Source: Eledone cirrhosa
Lineage: Eukaryota
Length of the DNA: 64,000 nucleotides
NCBI GenBank assembly: GCA_964016885.1
Contig: CAXHJY010000690.1
Span: 1 to 64,000 of the forward strand
Direction: 5' to 3'
Shown: positions 13,945 through 26,699 of the stretch, piece by piece
How the letters are laid out: every line of letters begins with the position of its first letter
How positions within the stretch are numbered: the first letter of the stretch is position 1
Notes under the pieces: generated by a model
Seen by the model: only the letters and a program-made list of their open reading frames with translations
The model's database searches: none
What the model was told of the DNA's origin: nothing
Translations under genes and position numbers: made by a program

Positions 13945-15340
13945 TATTTTGTTAGAGATGCCTACTGGCTGTAGTAGGTTTTACTATGTATTTAGGTAAG
14001 GCGGGTCTTCTCTATTACTGAGTACCGCCAAAGGTCTCGGTCCAGTGACATTGTCTTGGAGAGGTGTAAATGTGTGAGGTCGGAGTTTATCAGCTCGTCC
14101 CAGGATTTTCTAGGTCTGCCTATTCCGTGGCTACCGTCCATCTTTATTGCCCTGCACTTTGTTATACAGCTATCGACTTTCATGCGCATCACGTGTCCAT
14201 ACCAACGTAGCCTTCTCTCGAGTAAACAACATCTGATCCCTCTTATTTCTAATTTTTTCCTTAGTTCGTTTATGCTTTGCCGTTCACGTATATTACTATT
14301 ACACATCCAGCGGAGCATGCAAGCTTCGTTCCTCTCTAGTCTGCGTATATCCTCTGCACACAATGCCCAGGTCTCACTGCCATGCAACATTGCTGTTCGT
14401 ATGCAGGCATCATACAACCTGCCTTTCATTTTTAGGGAGAACCCTTTAGCGGCTAATAGTGGTATAAGCTCTCTGAACTTTTTCCATTCCGTTCTGACTC
14501 TAGCTACTGTAATTTCAGAGCACCCTCCCCCACTGCTGATTTTGTCACCCAGGTAACGGAAGCTGTCCACTATTTCTATAAAGCCCTCTGCGCAGTTGTA
14601 AGAGCTAGTATATCGTGGGCACTTGCTGCTACTTATTGCACCAGAGCACCGCCCATATGTAAAATCTATGTTCTTAGTTAGCTTACCTGTGATCCCACTA
14701 CATCTTTTATGCACCCATACTTTGCATTTGGGACATAAAATGGAGTTTCTACCTACGCCTTTCCTACACACTGAGCATGGCCATTTCCCGGAAGGGACCG
14801 CCGCCTTATTTTCTTTCCTACAAACTAGAACTTTAGTCTTAGCTAGGTTAATTTTGAGGCCTTTTGATTCTAGGCCGTGCTTCCATGTTTGGAATTTCTT
14901 CTCTAGCTCGGCCATTGATTCAGCTATGAGTGTCAGGTCGTCTGCGTATAGGAGTTCCCATGGGCAGCCGGTCTTGAACTCCTCTGTTATAGCCTGAAGG
15001 GCAATAATAAATAGTAGGGAGCTGAGAACAGAGCCCTGATGGACGCCAACTTTTAAGCTAAACTCTTCACGATATTCGTTGTTAATTCTAACCTTGCTGA
15101 CTGTTTCTTTATACATGGCTTGTATAGCTCTCACAAGCCATTCGTCGACACCTAGTTTTCTAAGGGCCCACCAGATAATGGAACGGGGGACTCTGTCGAA
15201 GGCTTTCTCCAAGTCGATAAAAGCTACCTGTCTTCGTATCCTTGATTGCCTTACTTATTATACTACCCTCGACTAACACTGCTGGTCCCTCTATTGGGTC
15301 GATGTGGGGTAGACTGTCTTTCTCCCATTTATTCTCCTCT
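13945..15340 (-). mobile_element. RTE LINE fragment with internal deletion and missing distal 3' UTR
   Basis: 406-aa RT ORF at 13992-15212; at about 15227 the sequence jumps from KAIKDTKTG directly to AFIDLEKAF. Confidence 0.93.
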
Positions 15341-15361
15341 ATATATATGTGTATATATATG

Positions 15362-15392
<31 letters not shown>

Positions 15393-15449
15393 GTATATAT
15401 ATGTATATATATATATATGTATATATATGTATATATATATATATATATC

Positions 15450-15480
<31 letters not shown>

Positions 15481-15545
15481 GTATATATATGTATATGTAT
15501 ATATATGTATATATATATATATATCTATATATATGTATATATATA

Positions 15546-15578
<33 letters not shown>

Positions 15579-15999
15579 GTGTATATATATGTATATATAT
15601 ATGTGTATATATATGTATATATATGTGTGTATATATATGTATATATATGTGTGTATATATATGTATATATATGTGTGTATATATATGTATATATATATGT
15701 GTATATATATGTATATATATATGTGTATATATATGTATATATATGTGTATATATATGTATATATATGTGTATATATATGTATATATATGTGTATATATAT
15801 GTATATATATGTGTATATGTATATGTATATATATGTGTATATGTATATGTATATATATGTGTATGTATATGTATATATATGTGTATATATATGTATATGT
15901 ATATATATGTGTATATATATGTATATGTATATATATGTGTATATATATATGTGTATGTGTGTATATATATGTATATATATATATGTGTATGTGTATATA

Positions 16000-16032
<33 letters not shown>

Positions 16033-16880
16033 GTGTATATATATATGTGTATGTGTATATATATATGTGTATGTGTATATATATGTATATATATATGTGT
16101 ATATATATGTATATATATATATGTGTATATATATGTATATATATATATGTGTATATATATGTATATATATATATGTGTATATATATGTATATATATATAT
16201 GTGTATATATATGTATATATATATGTATATATATATGTGTATATATGTGTATATATATGTGTATATATATGTGTATATATATGTGTATATATATGTATAT
16301 ATATATGTGTATATATATATGTGTATATATATGTATATATATATGTGTATATATATATGTGTATATATATGTATATATATATGTGTATATATATGTGTAT
16401 ATATATGTGTATATATATATATGTGTATATATATATGTATATATATATGTGTATATATATGTGTATATGTATATATGTGTATATGTGTATATATATATGT
16501 GTATATGTATATATATATGTGTATGTATATGTGTATATATATGTATATGTATATGTATATATATATGTGTATATATATGCATATATATATATATATATGT
16601 GTATATATATGTATATATATGTGTATATATATGTGTATATATATGCATATATATATATATATATGTGTATATATATGTATATATATGTGTATATATATGT
16701 ATATATATATATACATATATATGTATATATATGTGTATATGTATGTATATATATATGAATATATATATGTATATATATGTATATATATATGAATATATAT
16801 ATGTATATATATGTATATATATGTATATATATGTATATATATGTATATATATGAATATATATATGTATATATATGTATAT
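15341..16880. repeat. Compound TA/TG microsatellite array
   Basis: Direct inspection. Confidence 0.97.
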
Positions 16881-17292
16881 ATAATATATAAGAACAAAAG
16901 ATGGTTAAAGGAGTTCCATGTATTTTATTATGCGCATTTCAAAAACAAACATCATCATGCAATAATATTTGTGTTTTCATCAGATAAAACAGGAGGACAT
17001 GATATGAAGGCTAAAAAACACTTGTTGATAGTGCAGTTTTAAATCAACATATGTTGATTTAAAACTGCACTATCCACAAGTGTTTTTTAGCCTTCATATC
17101 ATGTCCTCCTGTTTTATATATTATTGCATGATGATGTTTGTTTTTGAAATGCGCATAATAAAATACATGGAACTCCTTTAACCATCTTTTGTTCTTATAT
17201 ATTATGTATACTCCAGTGCTACAAACTGTAGAGTGCTTCTTATCCGATATCTGCATTGCTTTATTGTACTACAATAAAACTCACCTCCTACA
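16881..17292 (+). mobile_element. Fold-back mini-element, family A (Penelope-like pseudo-LTR with inverted copy)
   Basis: Palindrome 16881-17205 centred on CAT|ATG at 17050/17051 plus an unpaired tail of about 87 bp; flanked by (TA)n; second copy at 34579-34763. Confidence 0.8.
16923..16989 (-). ncRNA. Type I (minimal stem III) hammerhead ribozyme motif
   Basis: Minus strand: ttttat CTGATGA [long stem II aaacacaaatattatt...gatgatgtttgttttt] GAAA tgcgca TA ataaaa; stem I ttttat/ataaaa; palindromic stem III. Confidence 0.75.
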
Positions 17293-17298
17293 TATATG

Positions 17299-17331
<33 letters not shown>

Positions 17332-17399
17332 GTGTATATGTATATATATATATGTGTATATGTATATATATATGTGTATATATATGTATATGTATATAT

Positions 17400-18077
17400 A
17401 ACGAACTAAGGAAAAAATTAGAAATAAGAGGGATCAGAGAGAAGAAAATTAGAAATAAGAGGGATAAGAGAGAAGGCTACGTTGGTATGGACACGTGATG
17501 CGCACGAAAGTCGATAGCTGTATAACAAAGTGCAGGGCAATAAAGATAGACGGTAGCCACGGAATAGGCAGACCTAGAAAACCCTGGGACGAGCTGATAA
17601 ACTCCGACCTCACACACTTACACCTCTCCAAGACAATGTCACTGGACCGAGACCTTTGGCGGTACTCAGTAACAGAGAAGACTTGCCTTACCTAAATACA
17701 TAGTAAAACCTACTACAGCCAGTAGGCATCGCTAACAAAATACCCCGCCCCACCACCCCCACCCCATCCACACCACCCCGTTCTATGTAAAGTTGTGTTG
17801 GTGCCACACCATCCAGGCCGAAACAAATGAGATCGTGTAGGTGTCACGACAAAAAAACACACAGTCCACGCTGTAATGTGGCAGTGTAGGCAACACGGTA
17901 AAAACCTCCCAGACCCACACTGTAAATGTGGTTGGTGTTAGGAAGGGCATCCAACTGTAGAAAACCTGCCAGACAGTCCTATGCGAGCAAGACAATCACT
18001 CTTGCCTCAAGTGGGACTACCGCCGTCCAAACCCATGCATGCGTGGAACACGGACGTTAAACGTTGATGATGATGAT
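17400..18077 (+). mobile_element. RTE LINE 3' fragment (main family), plus strand
   Basis: [12 protein letters not shown]...DRDLWRYSVTEKT; 3' UTR and (GAT)n tail; small local duplication at about 17410-17470. Confidence 0.93.
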
Positions 18078-18086
18078 ATATGTGTA

Positions 18087-18117
<31 letters not shown>

Positions 18118-18154
18118 ATATATATGTGTATATATATGTATATATATATATGTA

Positions 18155-18778
18155 TGGTCAGTGTCCAAGTCTCAGACCCATACAACAGCACAGACTCCAC
18201 TACAGCAATGAAGAGGCGGATTTTCAGGTTTCTACGAAGGTCCGACTTCCACACCGATCTCAAGCTGTGGCACGCCGCCCAGGCCTTGCTCTTCCTCTCA
18301 ACCACATCATCTTCCGTATTTCCAATCTTTGCTCCCAAATACAGGAAGCCCTCAACCAATTCTAGCGGCTTCCCGCCTATATTAGTGATCCCCTCTGGCT
18401 TCTCAACATTCTCTACCAGATATTGGATGGGTGCTACACGAGAATGCTGAGGATGGCTCTGAACATTAATCAGTATACACTGAGGATGACAAACTCAGAG
18501 CTGTATGGGAACATCCCAAGAGTCAGCTCAAAAGTGACAGAGGAGACTGAGGTTGGCTGGACATGCTCACCGACATCCAGAGTTGACATTGCACTCAGTG
18601 CTCCTTTGGGAGCCCCTACATGGACACACTAGAAGAGGAAGACCAAGGTTAACGTATGTTGATGTCCTAAGGACAGACACTGGTCTATTGGAGACGCAGG
18701 ACATGGCAGCGACAATGAGGGACAGAGACCGCTGGAAAGAACTCGTCCATGGATCTCGGGAATTTTACCCGCCTTAGA
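18155..18778 (+). mobile_element. RTE-clade LINE fragment with 5' inversion
   Basis: 18155-18422 minus strand: ...VEGFLYLG...VLLYGSETWTLT; 18423-18777 plus strand: LDGCYTRMLR...LAGH...[10 protein letters not shown]...RDRW. Confidence 0.85.
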
Positions 18779-21700
18779 ATATATGTATATATATATGTGT
18801 ATATATATGTGTATATATGTGTATATATGTGTGTATATGTGTGTATATATGTGTGTATATATGTGTATATATATGTGTATATATATGTGTATATATATGT
18901 ATATGTGTATATATATGTATATATGTGTATATATATGTGTATATATATGTGTATATATATGTGTATATATATGTGTGTATATATCTGTGTATATATGTGT
19001 ATATATGTGTGTATATATGTGTGTATATATGTGTATATATATGTGTATATATATGTATATATATGTGTATATATATGTATATATATGTGTATATATATGT
19101 ATATATATATATGTGTATATATATGTATATATATATATGTGTATATATATGTATATATATATATGTGTATATATATGTATATATATATATGTGTATATAT
19201 ATGTATATATATATATGTGTATATATATGTATATATATATATGTGTATATATATGTATATATATATATGTGTATATATATGTATATATATATGTGTATAT
19301 ATATGTATATATATATGTGTATATATATGTATATATATATGTATATATATATATGTGTATATATATGTATATATATATATGTGTATATATATGTATATAT
19401 ATATGTGTATATATATGTATATATATATATGTGTATATATATGTATATATATATATGTGTATATATATGTATATATATATATATGTATATATATATATGT
19501 GTATATATATGTATATATATATATGTGTATATATATATATGTATATATATATATGTGTATATATATATATGTGTATATATATATATGTGTATATATATAT
19601 ATGTGTATATATATGTATATATATATATGTGTATATATATGTATATATATATATGTGTATATATATATGTGTATATATATGTATATATATATATGTGTAT
19701 ATATATGTATATATATATGTGTATATATATGTATATATATATATGTGTATATATATGTATATATATATATGTGTATATATATGTATATATATATATGTGT
19801 ATATATATGTATATATATATATGTGTATATATATGTATATATATATATGTGTATATATATGTATATATATATATGTGTATATATATGTATATATATATAT
19901 GTGTATATATATGTATATATATATATGTGTATATATATGTATATATATATATGTGTATATATATGTATATATATATATGTGTATATATATGTATATATAT
20001 ACATGTGTATATATATGTATATATATACATGTGTATATATATGTATATATATACATGTGTATATATATGTATATATATACATGTGTATATATATGTATAT
20101 ATATACATGTGTATATATATGTATATATATACATGTGTATATATATGTATATATATACATGTGTATATATATGTATATATATACATGTGTATATATATGT
20201 ATATATATACATGTGTATATATATGTATATATATACATGTGTATATATATGTATATATATACATGTGTATATATATGTATATATATACATGTGTATATAT
20301 ATGTATATATATACATGTGTATATATATACATGTGTATATATATGTATATATATACATGTGTATATATATGTATATATATACATGTGTATATATATGTAT
20401 ATATATACATGTGTATATATGTGTATATATATACATGTGTATATATGTGTATATATATACATGTGTATATATGTGTATATATATACATGTGTATATATAT
20501 GTGTATATATATACATGTGTATATATATGTATATATACATGTGTATATATATGTATATACATACATGTGTATATATATATATACATATATGTGTATATAT
20601 ATATATACATATATGTGTATATATATATATACATATATGTGTATATATATATATACATATGTGTATATATATATATACATATATGTGTATATATATGTAT
20701 ATACATATGTGTATATATATGTATATACATATATATGTATATACATACATGTGTATATATATGTATATACATACATGTGTATATATATGTATATACATAC
20801 ATGTGTATATATATGTATATACATACATGTGTATATATATGTATATACATACATGTGTATATATATGTATATACATACATGTGTATATATATGTATATAC
20901 ATACATGTGTATATATATGTATATACATACATGTGTATATATATGTATATACATACATGTGTATATATATGTATATACATACATGTGTATATATATGTAT
21001 ATACATACATGTGTATATATATGTATATACATACATGTGTATATATATGTATATACATACATGTGTATATATATGTATATACATACATGTGTATATATAT
21101 GTATATACATACATGTGTATATATATGTATATACATACATGTGTATATATATGTATATACATACATGTGTATATATATGTATATACATACATGTGTCTAT
21201 ATATGTATATACATACATGTGTATATATATGTATATACATACATGTGTATATATATGTATATACATACATGTTTATATATATGTATATACATACATGTTT
21301 ATATATATGTATATACATGTTTATATATATGTATATACATACATGTGTATATATATGTATATACATACATGTGTATATATATGTATATACATACATGTGT
21401 ATATATATGTATATACATACATGTGTATATATATGTATATACATACATGTGTATATACATGTGTATACATACATGTGTATATATATGTATATACATACAT
21501 GTGTATATACATGTGTATACATACATGTGTATATATATGTATATACATACATATGTATATACATGTGTATATATATGTATATACGTGTATATGTATATAC
21601 ATGTTTATATGTATATACATGTGTATATATTTGTATGTGTATATATATTTGTATGTGTATATATATCTGTATGTGTATGTATGTATATATGTGTGAATAT

Positions 21701-21850
21701 GTATGTGTATGTATATATATATATGTGTATATGTATGTATATGTTTATATAAATGTATGTATTTATGTATATATATTTATGCGTATGTATATATATATTT
21801 ATGTGTATGTATGTGTATATATTTGTGTATGTATATATATATGTGTATGT
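18779..21850. repeat. Microsatellite-derived 26-bp minisatellite array
   Basis: Unit ATATGTGTATATATATGTATATATAT with ACAT variants; period 26 (for example 20001/20027 and 20821/20847). Confidence 0.95.
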
Positions 21851-21959
21851 AGGTGTCACAATAAAAAGTGCCCTGTCCACAATATAAAGTGGCCGAGTAT
21901 ATATATATATATATATACATACATATATATACAAAATGTATATACATAAATGTATATAC

Positions 21960-23387
21960 TCGGTCACTTTATATTGTGGACTGGGCACTCTTTACTGTGA
22001 CACCTACATGACCATATTACAGTGAGAGCTGGGCATTTTTTGTTGTTACCAACACAACCCTTTTACAGGTTTGGCTGGTCACTTTTGTGGCACCTATATG
22101 GACACTTTACAATTTGGACTAGGCACTCCTTATAGTGGCGCCAAAAGCGACCACTTTACCTTGTGACTTGGTTGGGGGAGGTACATCTAGGGGTATGGCT
22201 AAGGGCTGAGGTGTTGCGTGGGGAAGGTGCATGGGGATTTGGGAGATAGATCTAAGGGCATGGGTGAAGGGTGGGGTTTTTTGCCATGAGTGCCATGTTA
22301 GGATGTGGGTTGGGTGTTAACATGCGAGGTGTATAGAAGGCATGATTTAGGGGAAGGTGGCACATACTAGATGTATACTTCAACTCATGAGATGACAGGT
22401 CTTCTGTTTTACTGCATAACGCCAGAAATCATCACAGTCCTGTGTCATTGCCTTTGTGAAGTGCAATTGGGCTTTTATCACCTCATCCCAAGTCTTCCTA
22501 CTCTATAGCTTCCATTAACTTTGAGCGATTTTCACCTTTTTATTAAGCTGCATCCTTCAGATGCATCACATGTCAATGCAATCTCATCTCCTGCACATTG
22601 CATCTGATCTCTATTATACTCAGTTTCTCTCTTAGTTCATTTATGCTTTGCTGTTCATGTATATGACTATTACACATCCATCGAAGCATGCCAGCTTCAT
22701 TTCTTTCCAATTTTCACATGTCCTCTGAACAGAACACTTAGGCCTCACTACCATGTAATATTGCTGTTAGTATACCCGCATCATATAATCTGCCCTTCAT
22801 TTTGAGGGAAAAACATTTTGTAGCTAGCAGCAGTAGTAGTTCCCTGAACTTCTTCCATCTCATACTCACTCTGGCCACTGTACTTTTAGAACACTCAGCT
22901 CCTTTGCTAATTTGGTCACCCAGGTAGCAGAAGCTATATACTGCTTCTACAGATCCTTCCAAGAACTTGTTTGCTCTTGTTTCCTGTAGTCGTTTGTAGC
23001 TTACTGCTCCTGTGCAACGGCGACATGTAAAACCTATGTTCTTAGCTAACCTACTTGACATCTGACAACATTTCGAGTACCCATAGTTTGCATTTGGTAC
23101 AAAGGGTGGAACTTCTACCTATGCCTTTCCTACATACTGTGCAAGGCCATTTACCCATGCCTTTCCTACATACTAAGCAAGGCCATTTACCCGAGGGGAT
23201 CAGGGCTCTGTTTTCCCTTCTACTTACTAGTACTTTAGTATTTGTTAGCTTGACTTTAAGACCATTTGATTCTAAGCTGTGCTTTGAGATTTGGAATTCC
23301 TTCTCTGATTCAGCTGTAAGTGTGAGGTCATCTGCATACAGGAGTTCCCCATTGGCAACCAGTCTTGAAATCCTCTGTTATAGCCTA
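21960..23387 (-). mobile_element. Older, diverged RTE LINE fragment with tandemly repeated 3' UTR units
   Basis: ORF 22738-23061 with FCYLGDQIS...WKKFRELL...LHGSEA; YADD region near 23330; degenerate 45-50 bp repeats at 21960-22165. Confidence 0.8.
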
Positions 23388-23454
23388 CATACATATATAT
23401 ATGTGTGTATGTATATATATATATACATACATATACTTACATATATGTATGTAA

Positions 23455-23511
<57 letters not shown>

Positions 23512-23750
23512 ACTATTTTATTAGTATAATTTTGAATGTCGTCACATCAATATCCATATGTACATTAGAGTGTTTATATAATTAATCTGTGTATATATGA
23601 ATTATATCCTGCAATATATTATTTATATCTGCAGAAGTACGCGCGCGCACTCACACAATTTGTATCTGGAGTTATGTACATGTGTACTATATATATATAT
23701 ATATAATCTTTTGTGCGTTTGTGTATATGCACGCGTGTGTGTATATGTGT

Positions 23751-23897
23751 CTGTCAAGGGTTCAATCGGGGATAACCACAGTAAGGTACTCAATACATTA
23801 ATAGTGTATGCAACAAATTTAATATCACTCGAAAGAAATCATCAGGAAAGCCCTGATGATTTCCTTCGAATGAAACAGTTCTAGTCCTGTAGAAGCC

Positions 23898-23900
<3 letters not shown>
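23751..23900 (-). mobile_element. Fold-back mini-element, family B
   Basis: Tail on the left is the reverse complement of 26760-26830; hairpin AAATCATCAGG-aaagc-CCTGATGATTT; right arm CTGATGA...GAAACAGttctagtcCTGTAGAAGCC. Confidence 0.7.
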
Positions 23901-23968
<68 letters not shown>

Positions 23969-24508
23969 TATGTTTGTATATGTTGTGTTCGTACACATTA
24001 CATATCCACCATCACTTATGTATATATGTGTGTACAATGTATTTGTATGCGTGTCCAAACCTTCTCTCCAACCAAGCTAGCCATGTTACTGCCACCATTG
24101 CTCTTGTTTACCACTACAACTGCTGCTGTTGTTGTGTCTGTCCATTTCCCCTTTATTACCGAGACGGCTTTATTGTTTATAACTGCTATTATTATTGTTG
24201 TTATTGTAAACTTCTCTCTCTCTCCGTATCCTACCACTTGTTTTTGTAGTAGTAGTAGTGGTGGTGGTGGTGATTGTAGTTGGTGGTGTTCTCTGTATTG
24301 TCCAATGGATCGAGCCAAGACGAATGAGAGGAGGCTGAATCTGTTGTGTAGAAAAAGATGGTCACCTCTCTCTTCCTTCTCAATATCACACATACGTACT
24401 TAACCATTGTTGGGGGAAAGCTGGAACGAACAGAGACATACATACATACACACTCAGATGTAGTGTGAGATATAATTTCACGTGGCTAGACTATGTATGC
24501 ATGTGTAC

Positions 24509-24545
<37 letters not shown>

Positions 24546-24550
<5 letters not shown>

Positions 24551-24722
24551 AACGAGTAGGACCCCGGCGGCTGAGCTCAAGCCGTTTCGACGGCTAATTC
24601 CGTCGAAACGGCTTGAGCTCAGCCGTCGGGTCCTACTCGTTCCTATTACCCACTCTACTACCCTAAGTATTGAGTACTTTGGTGCGTTATGGTCCACCTG
24701 GTTCCTTACCACATTTCCTTCG

Positions 24723-24724
<2 letters not shown>
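24546..24724 (+). mobile_element. Fold-back mini-element, family C
   Basis: Near-perfect 47/48-bp arms (24546-24593 and 24600-24646), 6-nt loop, tail of about 78 bp containing TATTGAGTAC; (TA)n on both sides. Confidence 0.75.
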
Positions 24725-24776
<52 letters not shown>

Positions 24777-24780
24777 GTTA

Positions 24781-24948
24781 TATAGAAATGGCATCTACAC
24801 GACTAGAACTGTTTTATTCGTATTAGATCGAAACAGTTCTAGTCATGTCGTCATTTCTCTATGGAATATGCTTATTCTCTATAATATATTGAGTACCTTA
24901 CTTAACTGTGGTTACTTCCCGATTTCCTTCGGGATACCACCCTTAATT
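24781..24948 (+). mobile_element. Fold-back mini-element, family B (diverged)
   Basis: GAAATGGC..GACTAGAACTGTTT / GAAACAGTTCTAGTC..CATTTCT arms; tail TATTGAGTACCTTAC...TGTGGTTAC. Confidence 0.65.
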
Positions 24949-24969
24949 ATATATATCTATATATATTTA

Positions 24970-25000
<31 letters not shown>

Positions 25001-25499
25001 TCTGCTGCCCGGTCTATTTATTAAAATATTTGTTTCCGTAGAGAGGAGTTGTATTTCTATATATTAATTTGTTGTGTTATATAATATATAACGCGTTCGA
25101 AACGTGTCGCTCGTCTGTCTTCGTGTCTATTATATATATTTATATACATACATAAATATATACCCTCAGACGTGTGTGTGTGTGCATACACACATTTTTA
25201 CTGGCTTCATCCATTAGCCAAGGCCATACTGAGGCGCAGTAGATACACAAACCGCCCTCTCTATCTCTCTCTAATATATAAAATATGAATATATATATAT
25301 AAATGAAAATAGAGAAATTAATGTATATATATATATAAATGAAAATAGAGAAATTAATGTATATATATATATAAATGAAAATAGAGAAATTAATTGTTTC
25401 TACTTTTGGCACAAGGCCAGCAATTATCCAGTGCATTACTGGTACTTTATTTTATCGAATATAGAGAAATTAATGTGAGCAAGAAGCCAACAGTAATTC

Positions 25500-25561
<62 letters not shown>

Positions 25562-25951
25562 TGTGTGTGTATATAAATATATAAAGCTTTATATCGTTAG
25601 GGAAACACAGTATTTTGTACATATATACAAACTATATAATATTTATGAAAAAGTACTAAGGTGGAAAAATATATATAGGGTTGACTTTATTTATTTTAGT
25701 TATTCAATTCATGTAATAGAATATATATATCTGTATTTAGATACGCTAAATATATGAATTATCGCTTTATCTTAGCCAATTCCTGTTTTCTTTTGTTTGA
25801 GAAATATACGAGTTTATTCATCCATTACTGGAAACAGAATTGAACCAGGACATGGTGTTATCAGTAAACATGGTGTGGCTGTTATAATGTCTACGTAATG
25901 GCTGTGTTATAATGTTTATATATCTACATAGAGGTTGTGTTATAATGTGTG

Positions 25952-26011
<60 letters not shown>

Positions 26012-26016
<5 letters not shown>

Positions 26017-26170
26017 TCGCGAGTGGTGTCGGGGGGTAACCACAGTTTAAACAAGGCCCTCAATACGTTAGTTTAGGCATCTTTATTATATATAGAAATG
26101 GCTTCTACAGGGCTAGAACTGTTTCATCCCTGATAATTTCACATGAACGAAACTTCTAGTCATGTAGAAT
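26012..26170 (-). mobile_element. Fold-back mini-element, family B
   Basis: GGTAACCACAG...CTCAATAC tail (reverse complement), GAAATGGCTTCTACAGGGCTAGAACTGTTTCAT, then inverted CCTGATAA...GAAACTTCTAGTCATGTAGA. Confidence 0.6.
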
Positions 26171-26246
26171 TTTTATTTATATACACATATATATACACAC
26201 ACATACATACGTGTTGGTTGTGTGATAATGTTTTTATCGACACATT

Positions 26247-26624
26247 CGTTTGCCTATTATGTCTATACCATGTAGACTGGCCTACGGTTTTGGGGTATCC
26301 TAATCTTGTCAAGCTTTAGTCCTTTTATTTTGTTCTGTTGCTTGTAAATGTAATTATATTTTTACAGAATGTATACAACAAACACAGTTTATATTAAAAA
26401 ATAATAAGTGGGAGAACACCCACCCACTCATTCACACCACATGAAGCATTGGAGTTTCTCTCTAACACATTTTTTTATGCAAGCCAGCTCACTGGCAGCA
26501 TTGCCACTGGTGATGGAGAGGCCAAAGCTCTGAAATAACCAAGCACCCTCACGGGCATCACCTGATGGGTTGGTTAGACCATCGTTGTCGGCGGCCCACC
26601 AGCTCTCTAATGTCACAGACTGAT
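26247..26624 (-). mobile_element. CRE-clade non-LTR retrotransposon 3' fragment with probable 19-bp TSD
   Basis: SGDAREGAWLFQSFGLSITSGNAASELAC resembles the CRE C-terminal GDxRExxxLFQRxxxxIQRGNAA motif; direct repeats at 26228-26246 and 26625-26643 (2 mismatches). Confidence 0.6.
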
Positions 26625-26650
26625 ATGTTTATATCGACATATTGTGTGTG

Positions 26651-26695
<45 letters not shown>

Positions 26696-26699
<4 letters not shown>

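Noticed and set aside
25085-25130. ACGCGTTCGAAACGTGTC as another hammerhead fold-back
   Set aside because: Too short; no CTGANGA, stem I or second copy to support it.
25290-25395. Three tandem copies of about 40 bp (AAATGAAAATAGAGAAATTAAT)
   Set aside because: Ordinary local duplication beside a SINE fragment; no further structure.
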